Assembly (NCBI GenBank): GCA_964016885.1
Contig: OZ024742.1
Coordinates: 12,648,001-12,712,000 of the forward strand
Direction: 5' to 3'
Source: Eledone cirrhosa
Lineage: Eukaryota
DNA length: 64,000 nt
Positions 49,901-61,900 of the stretch are shown here, piece after piece. Below the pieces are notes generated by a model that was not told where the DNA came from, did no database searches, and worked only from the letters and a program-made list of their open reading frames with translations. Numbering within the stretch: position 1 is the stretch's first letter; each line of letters starts with the position of its first letter. A program made the translations under genes and the position numbers.

Positions 49901-52900
49901 GCCTGATATAGATTATATCTAAGCAGCAGGCAAGCCTTGTAAAGAGCCTCATATTTGCCATGCCTGATATAGATTATATCTAAACAGCAGGCAAGCCTTG
50001 TAAAGAGCCTCATGTTTGCCATGCATGATATAGATTATATCTAAACAGCAGGCAAGCCTTGTAAAGGGCCTCATGTTTGCCATGCCTGATATAGATTATA
50101 TCTAAACAGCAAGCCTTGTAAAGAGCCTCATATTTGCCATGACTGATATAGATTATATCTAAACAGCAGGCAAGCCTTGTAAAGAGCCTCATATTTGCCA
50201 TGCCTGATATAGATTATATCTAAACAGCAGGCAAGCCTTGTAAAGAGCCTCATGTTTGCCATGCCTGATATAGATTATATCTAAACAGCAGGCAAGCCTT
50301 GTAAAGGGCCTCATGTTTGCCATGCCTGATATAGATTATATCTAAACAGCAAGCCATGTAAAGGGCCTCATGTTTGCCATGCCTGTTATAGATTATATCT
50401 AAACAGCAGGCAAGCCTTGTAAAGGGCCTCATGTTTGCCATGCCTGATATAGATTATATCTAAACAGCAAGCCTTGTAAAGGGCCTCATGTTTGCCATGC
50501 CTGATATAGATTATATCTAAACAGCAGGCAAGCCTTGTAAAGGGCCTCATGTTTGCCATGCCTGATATAGATTATATCTAAACAGCAAGCCTTGTAAAGA
50601 GCCTCATATTTGCCATGACTGATATAGATTATATCTAAACAGCAGGCAAGCCTTGTAAAGAGCCTCATATTTGCCATGCCTGATATAGATTATATCTAAA
50701 CAGCAGGCAAGCCTTGTAAAGAGCCTCATGTTTGCCATGCCTGATATAGATTATATCTAAACAGCAGGCAAGCCTTGTAAAGGGCCTCATGTTTGCCATG
50801 ACTGATATAGAGTATATCTAAACAGCAAGCCATGTAAAGGGCCTCATGTTTGCCATGCCTGTTATAGATTATATCTAAACAGCAGGCAAACCTTGTAAAG
50901 GGCCTCATGTTTGCCATGCCTGATATAGATTATATCTAAACAGCAAGCCTTGTAAAGGGCCTCATGTTTGCCATGCCTGATATAGATTATATCTAAACAG
51001 CAGGCAAGCCTTGTAAAGGGCCTCATGTTTGCCATGCCTGTTATAGATTATATCTAAACAGCAAGCCTTGTAAAGGGCCTCATGTTTGCCATGCCTGATA
51101 TAGATTATATCTAAACAGCAAGCCTTGTAAAGAGCCTCATGTTTGCCATGCCTGATATAGATTATATCTAAACAGCAAGCCTTGTAAAGAGCCTCATGTT
51201 TGCCATGCCTGATATAGATTATATCTAAACATCAAGCCTTGTAAAGAGCCTCATGTTTGCTATGCCTGATATAGATTATATCTAAACAGCAAGCCTTGTA
51301 AAGAGCCTCATGTTTGCCATGCCTGATATAGATTATATCTAAACAACAGGCAAGCCTTGTAGAGAGCCTCATGTTTGCCATGCCTGATATAGATTATATC
51401 TAAACAGCAGGCAAGCCTTGTAAAGAGCCTCATATTTGCCATGCCTGATATAGATTATATCTAAACAGCAGGCAAGCCTTGTAAAGAGCCTCATGTTTGC
51501 CATGCCTGATATAGATTATATCTAAACAGCAGGCAAGCCTTGTAAAGGTCCTCATGTTTGCCATGCCTGATATAGATTATATCTAAACAGCAAGCCTTGT
51601 AAAGAGCCTCATATTTGCCATGCCTGATATAGATTATATCTAAACAGCAGGCAAGCCTTGTAAAGAGCCTCATATTTGCCATGCCTGATATAGATTATAT
51701 CTAAACAGCAGGCAAGCCTTGTAAAGAGCCTCATGTTTGCCATGCCTGATATAGATTATATCTAAACAGCAGGCAAGCCTTGTAAAGGGCCTCATGTGTG
51801 CCATGCCTGATATAGAGTATATCTAAACAGCAAGCCATGTAAAGGGCCTCATGTTTTCCATGCCTGTTATAGATTATATCTAAACAGCAGGCAAGCCTTG
51901 TAAAGGGCCTCATGTTTGCCATGGCTGATATAGATTATATCTAAACAGCAAGCCTTGTAAAGGGCCTCATGTTTGCCATGCCTGATATAGATTATATCTA
52001 AACAGCAGGCAAGCCTTGTAAAGGGCCTCATGTTTGCCATGCCTGATATAGATTATATCTAAACAGCAAGCCTTGTAAAGGGCCTCATGTTTGCCATGCC
52101 TGATATAGATTATATCTAAACAGCAAGCCTTGTAAAGAGCCTCATGTTTGCCATGCCTGATATAGATTATATCTAAACAGCAAGCCTTGTAAAGAGCCTC
52201 ATGTTTGCCATGCCTGATATAGATTATATCTAAACAGCAAGCCTTGTAAAGAGCCTCATGTTTGCCATGCCTGATATAGATTATATCTAAACAGCAAGCC
52301 TTGTAAAGGGCCTTATGTTTGCCATGCCTGATATAGATTATATCTAAACAGCAGGCAAGCCTTGTAAAGGGCCTCATGTTTGCCATGCCTGATATAGATT
52401 ATATATAAACAGCAAGCCTTGTAAAGGGCCTCATGTTTGCCATGCCTGATGTAGATTATATCTAAACAGCAAGCCTTGTAAAGAGCCTCATGTTTGCCAT
52501 GCCTGATATAGATTACATCTAAACAGCAGGCAAGCCTTGTAAAGAGTCTTATGTTTGCCATGCCTGATATAGATTATATCTAAACAGCAAGCCCTGTAAA
52601 GAGCCTCATGTTTGCCATGCCTGATATAGATTATATCTAAACAGCAAGCCTTGTAAAGAGCCTCATGTTTGCCATGCCTGATATAGATTATATCTAAACA
52701 GCAAGCCTTGTAAAGAGCCTCATGTTTGCCATGCCTGATATAGATTATATCTAAACAGCAGGCAAGCCTTGTAAAGAGCCTCATGTTTGCCATGCCTGAT
52801 ATAGATTATATCTAAACAGCAGGCAAGCCTTGTAAAGAGCCTCATGTTTGCCATGCCTGATATAGATTATATCTAAGCAGCAGGCAAGCCTTGTAAAGAG

Positions 52901-55900
52901 CCTCATATTTGTCATGCCTGATATAGATTATATCTAAACAGCAGGCAAGCCTTGTAAAGAGCCTCATGTTTGCCATGCCTGATATAGATTATATCTAAAC
53001 AGCAGGCAAGCCTTGTAAAGGGCCTCATGTTTGCCATGCCTGATATAGATTATATCTAAACAGCAAGCCTTGTAAAGAGCCTCATATTTGCCATGCCTGA
53101 TATAGATTATATCTAAACAGCAGGCAAGCCTTGTAAAGAGCCTCATATTTGCCATGCCTGATATAGATTATATCTAAACAGCAGGCAAGCCTTGTAAAGG
53201 GCCTCATGTGTGCCATGCCTGATATAGAGTATATCTAAACAGCAAGCCATGTAAAGGGCCTCATGTTTTCCATGCCTGTTATAGATTATATCTAAACAGC
53301 AGGCAAGCCTTGTAAAGGGCCTCATGTTTGCCATGCCTGATATAGATTATATCTAAACAGCAAGCCTTGTAAAGGGCCTCATGTTTGCCATGCCTGATAT
53401 AGATTATATCTAAACAGCAGGCAAGCCTTGTAAAGGGCCTCATGTTTGCCATGCCTGATATAGATTATATCTAAACAGCAAGCCTTGTAAAGGGCCTCAT
53501 GTTTGCCATGCCTGATATAGATTATATCTAAACAGCAAGCCTTGTAAAGAGCCTCATGTTTGCCATGCCTGATATAGATTATATCTAAACAGCAAGCCTT
53601 GTAAAGAGCCTCATGTTTGCCATGCCTGATATAGATTATATCTAAACAGCAAGCCTTGTAAAGAGCCTCATGTTTGCCATGCCTGATATAGATTATATCT
53701 AAACAGCAAGCCTTGTAAAGAGCCTCATGTTTGCCATGCCTGATATAGATTATATCTAAACAGCAAGCCTTGTAAAGGGCCTTATGTTGGCCATGCCTGA
53801 TATAGATTATATCTAAACAGCAGGCAAGCCTTGTAAAGGGCCTCATGTTTGCCATGCCTGATATAGATTATATATAAACAGCAAGCCTTGTAAAGGGCCT
53901 CATGTTTGCCATGCCTGATATAGATTATATCTAAACAGCAAGCCTTGTAAAGAGCCTCATGTTTGCCATGCCTGATATAGATTACATCTAAACAGCAGAC
54001 AAGCCTTGTAAAGAGTCTTATGTTTGCCATGCCTGATATAGATTATATCTAAACAGCAAGCCCTGTAAAGAGCCTCATGTTTGCCATGCCTGATATAGAT
54101 TATATCTAAACAGCAAGCCTTGTAAAGAGCCTCATGTTTGCCATGCCTGATATAGATTATATCTAAACAGCAAGCCTTGTAAAGAGCCTCATGTTTGCCA
54201 TGCCTGATATAGATTATATCTAAACAGCAGGCAAGCCTTGTAAAGAGCCTCATGTTTGCCATGCCTGATATAGATTATATCTAAACAGCAGGCAAGCCTT
54301 GTAAAGAGCCTCATGTTTGCCATGCCTGATATAGATTATATCTAAGCAGCAGACAAGCCTTGTAAAGAGCCTCATATTTGTCATGCCTGATATAGATTAT
54401 ATCTAAACAGCAGGCAAGCCTTGTAAAGAGCCTCATGTTTGCCATGCCTGATATAGATTATATCTAAACAGCAGGCAAGCCTTGTAAAGGGCCTCATGTT
54501 TGCCATGCCTGATATAGATTATATCTAAACAGCAAACCTTGTAAAGAGCCTCATATTTGCCATGCCTGATATAGATTATATCTAAACAGCAGGCAAGCCT
54601 TGTAAAGAGCCTCATATTTGCCATGCCTGATATAGATTATATCTAAACAGCAGGCAAGCCTTGTAAAGAGCCTCATGTTTGCCATGCCTGATATAGATTA
54701 TATCTAAACAGCAGGCAAGCCTTGTAAAGGGCCTCATGTGTGCCATGCCTGATATAGAGTATATCTAAACAGCAAGCCATGTAAAGGGCCTCATGTTTTC
54801 CATGCCTGTTATAGATTATATCTAAACAGCAGGCAAGCCTTGTAAAGGGCCTCATGTTTGCCATGCCTGATATAGATTATATCTAAACAGCAAGCCTTGT
54901 AAAGGGCCTCATGTTTGCCATGCCTGATATAGATTATATCTAAACAGCAGGCAAGCCTTGTAAAGGGCCTCATGTTTGCCATGCCTGATATAGATTATAT
55001 CTAAACAGCAAGCCTTGTAAAGGGCCTCATGTTTGCCATGCCTGATATAGATTATATCTAAACAGCAAGCCTTGTAAAGAGCCTCATGTTTGCCATGCCT
55101 GATATAGATTATATCTAAACAGCAAGCCTTGTAAAGAGCCTCATGTTTGCCATGCCTGATATAGATTATATCTAAACAGCAAGCCTTGTAAAGAGCCTCA
55201 TGTTTGCCATGCCTGATATAGATTATATCTAAACAGCAAGCCTTGTAAAGAGCCTCATGTTTGCCATGCCTGATATAGATTATATCTAAACAGCAAGCCT
55301 TGTAAAGGGCCTTATGTGGGCCATACCTGATATAGATTATATCTAAACAGCAGGCAAGCCTTGTAAAGGGCCTCATGTTTGCCATGCCTGATATAGATTA
55401 TATATAAACAGCAAGCCTTGTAAAGGGCCTCATGTTTGCCATGCCTGATATAGATTATATCTAAACAGCAAGCCTTGTAAAGAGCCTCATGTTTGCCATG
55501 CCTGATATAGATTATATCTAAACAGCAGGCAAGCCTTGTAAAGAGTCTTATGTTTGCCATGCCTGATATAGATTATATCTAAACAGCAAACCCTGTAAAG
55601 AGCCTCATGTTTGCCATGCCTGATATAGATTATATCTAAACAGCAAGCCTTGTAAAGAGCCTCATGTTTGCCATGCCTGATATAGATTATATCTAAACAG
55701 CAAGCCTTGTAAAGAGCCTCATGTTTGCCATGCCTGATATAGATTATATCTAAACAGCAGGCAAGCCTTGTAAAGAGCCTCATGTTTGCCATGCCTGATA
55801 TAGATTATATCTAAACAGCAGGCAAGCCTTGTAAAGAGCCTCATGTTTGCCATGCCTGATATAGATTATATCTAAACAGCAAGCCTTGTAAAGAGCCTCA

Positions 55901-58900
55901 TATTTGCCATGACTGATATAGATTATATCTAAACAGCAGGCAAGCCTTGTAAAGAGCCTCATATTTGCCATGCCTGATATAGATTATATCTAAACAGCAG
56001 GGAAGCCTTGTAAAGAGCCTCATGTTTGCCATGCCTGATATAGATTATATCTAAACAGCAAGCCATGTAAAGGGCCTCATGTTTTCCATGCCTGTTATAG
56101 ATTATATCTAAACAGCAGGCAAGCCTTGTAAACGGCCTCATGTTTGCCATGCCTGATATAGATTATATCTAAACAGCAAGCCTTGTAAAGGGCCTCATGT
56201 TTGCCATGCCTGATATAGATTATATCTAAACAGCAGGCAAGCCTTGTAAAGGGCCTCATGTTTGCCATGCCTGATATAGATTATATCTAAACAGCAAGCC
56301 TTGTAAAGGGCCTCATGTTTGCCATGCCTGATATAGATTATATCTAAACAGCAAGCCTTGTAAAGAGCCTCATGTTTGCCATGCCTGATATAGATTATAT
56401 CTAAACAGCAAGCCTTGTAAAGAGCCTCATGTTTGCCATCCCTGATATAGATTATATCTAAACAGCAAGCCTTGTAAAGAGCCTCATGTTTGCCATGCCT
56501 GATATAGATTATATCTAAACAGCAAGCCTTGTAAAGAGCCTCATGTTTGCCATGCCTGATATAGATTATATCTAAACAGCAAGCCTTGTAAAGAGCCTCA
56601 TGTTTGCCATGCCTGATATAGATTATATCTAAACAGCAAGCCTTGTAAAGGGCCTTATGTTTGCCACGCCTGATATAGATTATATCTAAACAGCAGACAA
56701 GCCTTGTAAAGGGCCTCATGTTTGCCATGCCTGATATAGATTATATATAAACAGCAAGCCTTGTAAAGGGCCTCATGTTTGCCATGCCTGATATAGATTA
56801 TATCTAAACAGCAAGCCTTGTAAAGAGCCTCATGTTTGCCATGCCTGATATAGATTACATCTAAACAGCAGGCAAGCCTTGTAAAGAGTCTTATGTTTGC
56901 CATGCCTGATATAGATTATATCTAAACAGCAAGCGTTGTAAAGAGCCTCATGTTTGCCATGCCTGATATAGATTATATCTAAACAGCAAGCCTTGTAAAG
57001 AGCCTCATGTTTGCCATGCCTGATATAGATTATATCTAAACAGCAAGCCTTGTAAAGGGCCTCATGTTTGCCATGCCTTATATAGATTATATCTAAACAA
57101 CAAGCCTTGTAAAGGGCCTCATGTTTGCCATGCCTGATATAGATTATATCTAAACAGCAAGCCTTGTAAAGAGCCTCATGTTTGCCATGCCTGATATAGA
57201 TTATATCTAAACAGCAAGCCTTGTAAAGGGCCTCATGTTTGCCATGCCTGATATAGATTATATCTAAACAGCAAGTCTTGTAAAGGGCCTCATGTTTGCC
57301 ATGCCTGATATAGATTATATCTAAACAGCAGGCAAGTCTTGTAAAGAGCCTCATGTTTGCCATGCCTGAAATAGATTACATCTAAACAGCAGGCAAGCCT
57401 TGTAAAGAGCCTCATGTTTGCCATGCCTGATATAGATTATATCTAAACAGCAGGCAAGCCTTGTAAAGAGCCTCATGTTTGCCATGCCTGATATAGATTA
57501 TATCTAAACAGCAGGCAAGCCTTGTAAAGAGCCTCATGTTTGCCATGCCTGATATAGATTATATCTAAACAGCAGGCAAGCCTTGTAAAGAGCCTCATGT
57601 TTGCCATGCCTGATATAGATTATATCTAAGCAGCAGGCAAGCCTTGTAAAGAGCCTCATATTTGCCATGCCTGATATAGATTATATCTAAACAGCAGGCA
57701 AGCCTTGTAAAGAGCCTCATGTTTGCCATGCATGATATAGATTATATCTAAACATCAGGCAAGCCTTGTAAAGGGCCTCATGTTTGCCATGCCTGATATA
57801 GATTATATCTAAACAGCAAGCCTTGTAAAGAGCCTCATATTTGCCATGACTGATATAGATTATATCTAAACAGCAGGCAAGCCTTGTAAAGAGCCTCATA
57901 TTTGCCATGCCTGATATAGATTATATCTAAACAGCAGGCAAGCCTTGTAAAGAGCCTCATGTTTGCCATGCCTGATATAGATTATATCTAAACAGCAGGC
58001 AAGCCTTGTAAAGGGCCTCATGTTTGCCATGCCTGATATAGAGTATATCTAAACAGCAAGCCATGTAAAGGGCCTCATGTTTGCCATGCCTGTTATAGAT
58101 TATATCTAAACAGCAGGCAAGCCTTGTAAAGGGCCTCATGTTTGCCATGCCTGATATAGATTATATCTAAACAGCAAGCCTTGTAAAGGGCCTCATGTTT
58201 GCCATGCCTGATATAGATTATATCTAAACAGCAGGCAAGCCTTGTAAAGGGCCTCATGTTTGCCATGCCTGATATAGATTATATCTAAACAGCAAGCCTT
58301 GTAAAGAGCCTCATATTTGCCATGACTGATATAGATTATATCTAAACAGCAGGCAAGCCTTGTAAAGAGCCTCATATTTGCCATGCCTGATATAGATTGT
58401 ATCTAAACAGCAGGCAAGCCTTGTAAAGAGCCTCATGTTTGCCATGCCTGATATAGATTATATCTAAACAGCAGGCAAGCCTTGTAAAGGGCCTCATGTT
58501 TGCCATGACTGATATAGAGTATATCTAAACAGCAAGCCATGTAAAGGGCCTCATGTTTGCCATGCCTGTTATAGATTATATCTAAACAGCAGGCAAGCCT
58601 TGTAAAGGGCCTCATGTTTGCCATGCCTGATATAGATTATATCTAAACAGCAAGCCTTGTAAAGGGCCTCATGTTTGCCATGCCTGATATAGATTATATC
58701 TAAACAGCAGGCAAGCCTTGTAAAGGGCCTCATGTTTGCCATGCCTGTTATAGATTATATCTAAACAGCAAGCCTTGTAAAGGGCCTCATGTTTGCCATG
58801 CCTGATATAGATTATATCTAAACAGCAAGCCTTGTAAAGAGCCTCATGTTTGCCATGCCTGATATAGATTATATCTAAACAGCAAGCCTTGTAAAGAGCC

Positions 58901-61900
58901 TCATGTTTGCCATGCCTGATATAGATTATATCTAAACATCAAGCCTTGTAAAGAGCCTCATGTTTGCTATGCCTGATATAGATTATATCTAAACAGCAAG
59001 CCTTGTAAAGAGCCTCATGTTTGCCATGCCTGATATAGATTATATCTAAACAGCAGGCAAGCCTTGTAGAGAGCCTCATGTTTGCCATGCCTGATATAGA
59101 TTATATCTAAACAGCAGGCAAGCCTTGTAAAGAGCCTCATATTTGCCATGCCTGATATAGATTATATCTAAACAGCAGGCAAGCCTTGTAAAGAGCCTCA
59201 TGTTTGCCATGCCTGATATAGATTATATCTAAACAGCAGGCAAGCCTTGTAAAGGGCCTCATGTTTGCCATGCCTGATATAGATTATATCTAAACAGCAA
59301 GCCTTGTAAAGAGCCTCATATTTGCCATGCCTGATATAGATTATATCTAAACAGCAGGCAAGCCTTGTAAAGAGCCTCATATTTGCCATGCCTGATATAG
59401 ATTATATCTAAACAGCAGGCAAGCCTTGTAAAGAGCCTCATGTTTGCCATGCCTGATATAGATTATATCTAAACAGCAGGCAAGCCTTGTAAAGGGCCTC
59501 ATGTGTGCCATGCCTGATATAGAGTATATCTAAACAGCAAGCCATGTAAAGGGCCTCATGTTTTCCATGCCTGTTATAGATTATATCTAAACAGCAGGCA
59601 AGCCTTGTAAAGGGCCTCATGTTTGCCATGCCTGATATAGATTATATCTAAACAGCAAGCCTTGTAAAGGGCCTCATGTTTGCCATGCCTGATATAGATT
59701 ATATCTAAACAGCAGGCAAGCCTTGTAAAGGGCCTCATGTTTGCCATGCCTGATATAGATTATATCTAAACAGCAAGCCTTGTAAAGGGCCTCATGTTTG
59801 CCATGCCTGATATAGATTATATCTAAACAGCAAGCCTTGTAAAGAGCCTCATGTTTGCCATGCCTGATATAGATTATATCTAAACAGCAAGCCTTGTAAA
59901 GAGCCTCATGTTTGCCATGCCTTATATAGATTATATCTAAACAGCAAGCCTTGTAAAGAGCCTCATGTTTGCCATGCCTGATATAGATTATATCTAAACA
60001 GCAAGCCTTGTAAAGAGCCTCATGTTTGCCATGCATATTATAGATTATATCTAAACAGCAAGCCTTGTAAAGGGCCTTATGTTTGCCATGCCTGATATAG
60101 ATTATATCTAAACAGCAGGCAAGCCTTGTAAAGGGCCTCATGTTTGCCATGCCTGATATAGATTATATATAAACAGCAAGCCTTGTAAAGGGCCTCATGT
60201 TTGCCATGCCTGATGTAGATTATATCTAAACAGCAAGCCTTGTAAAGAGCCTCATGTTTGCCATGCCTGATATAGATTACATCTAAACAGCAGGCAAGCC
60301 TTGTAAAGAGTCTTATGTTTGCCATGCCTGATATAGATTATATCTAAACAGCAAGCCCTGTAAAGAGCCTCATGTTTGCCATGCCTGATATAGATTATAT
60401 CTAAACAGCAAGCCTTGTAAAGAGCCTCATGTTTGCCATGCCTGATATAGATTATATCTAAACAGCAAGCCTTGTAAAGAGCCTCATGTTTGCCATGCCT
60501 GATATAGATTATATCTAAACAGCAGGCAAGCCTTGTAAAGAGCCTCATGTTTGCCATGCCTGATATAGATTATATCTAAACAGCAGGCAAGCCTTGTAAA
60601 GAGCCTCATGTTTGCCATGCCTGATATAGATTATATCTAAGCAGCAGGCAAGCCTTGTAAAGAGCCTCATATTTGTCATGCCTGATATAGATTATATCTA
60701 AACAGCAGGCAAGCCTTGTAAAGAGCCTCATGTTTGCCATGCCTGATATAGATTATATCTAAACAGCAGGCAAGCCTTGTAAAGGGCCTCATGTTTGCCA
60801 TGCCTGATATAGATTATATCTAAACAGCAAGCCTTGTAAAGAGCCTCATATTTGCCATGCCTGATATAGATTATATCTAAACAGCAGGCAAGCCTTGTAA
60901 AGAGCCTCATATTTGCCATGCCTGATATAGATTATATCTAAACAGCAGGCAAGCCTTGTAAAGAGCCTCATGTTTGCCATGCCTGATATAGATTATATCT
61001 AAACAGCAGGCAAGCCTTGTAAAGGGCCTCATGTGTGCCATGCCTGATATAGAGTATATCTAAACAGCAAGCCATGTAAAGGGCCTCATGTTTTCCATGC
61101 CTGTTATAGATTATATCTAAACAGCAGGCAAGCCTTGTAAAGGGCCTCATGTTTGCCATGCCTGATATAGATTATATCTAAACAGCAAGCCTTGTAAAGG
61201 GCCTCATGTTTGCCATGCCTGATATAGATTATATCTAAACAGCAGGCAAGCCTTGTAAAGGGCCTCATGTTTGCCATGCCTGATATAGATTATATCTAAA
61301 CAGCAAGCCTTGTAAAGGGCCTCATGTTTGCCATGCCTGATATAGATTATATCTAAACAGCAAGCCTTGTAAAGAGCCTCATGTTTGCCATGCCTGATAT
61401 AGATTATATCTAAACAGCAAGCCTTGTAAAGAGCCTCATGTTTGCCATGCCTGATATAGATTATATCTAAACAGCAAGCCTTGTAAAGAGCCTCATGTTT
61501 GCCATGCCTGATATAGATTATATCTAAACAGCAAGCCTTGTAAAGAGCCTCATGTTTGCCATGCCTGATATAGATTATATCTAAACAGCAAGCCTTGTAA
61601 AGGGCCTTATGTTGGCCATGCCTGATATAGATTATATCTAAACAGCAGGCAAGCCTTGTAAAGGGCCTCATGTTTGCCATGCCTGATATAGATTATATAT
61701 AAACAGCAAGCCTTGTAAAGGGCCTCATGTTTGCCATGCCTGATATAGATTATATCTAAACAGCAAGCCTTGTAAAGAGCCTCATGTTTGCCATGCCTGA
61801 TATAGATTACATCTAAACAGCAGACAAGCCTTGTAAAGAGTCTTATGTTTGCCATGCCTGATATAGATTATATCTAAACAGCAAGCCCTGTAAAGAGCCT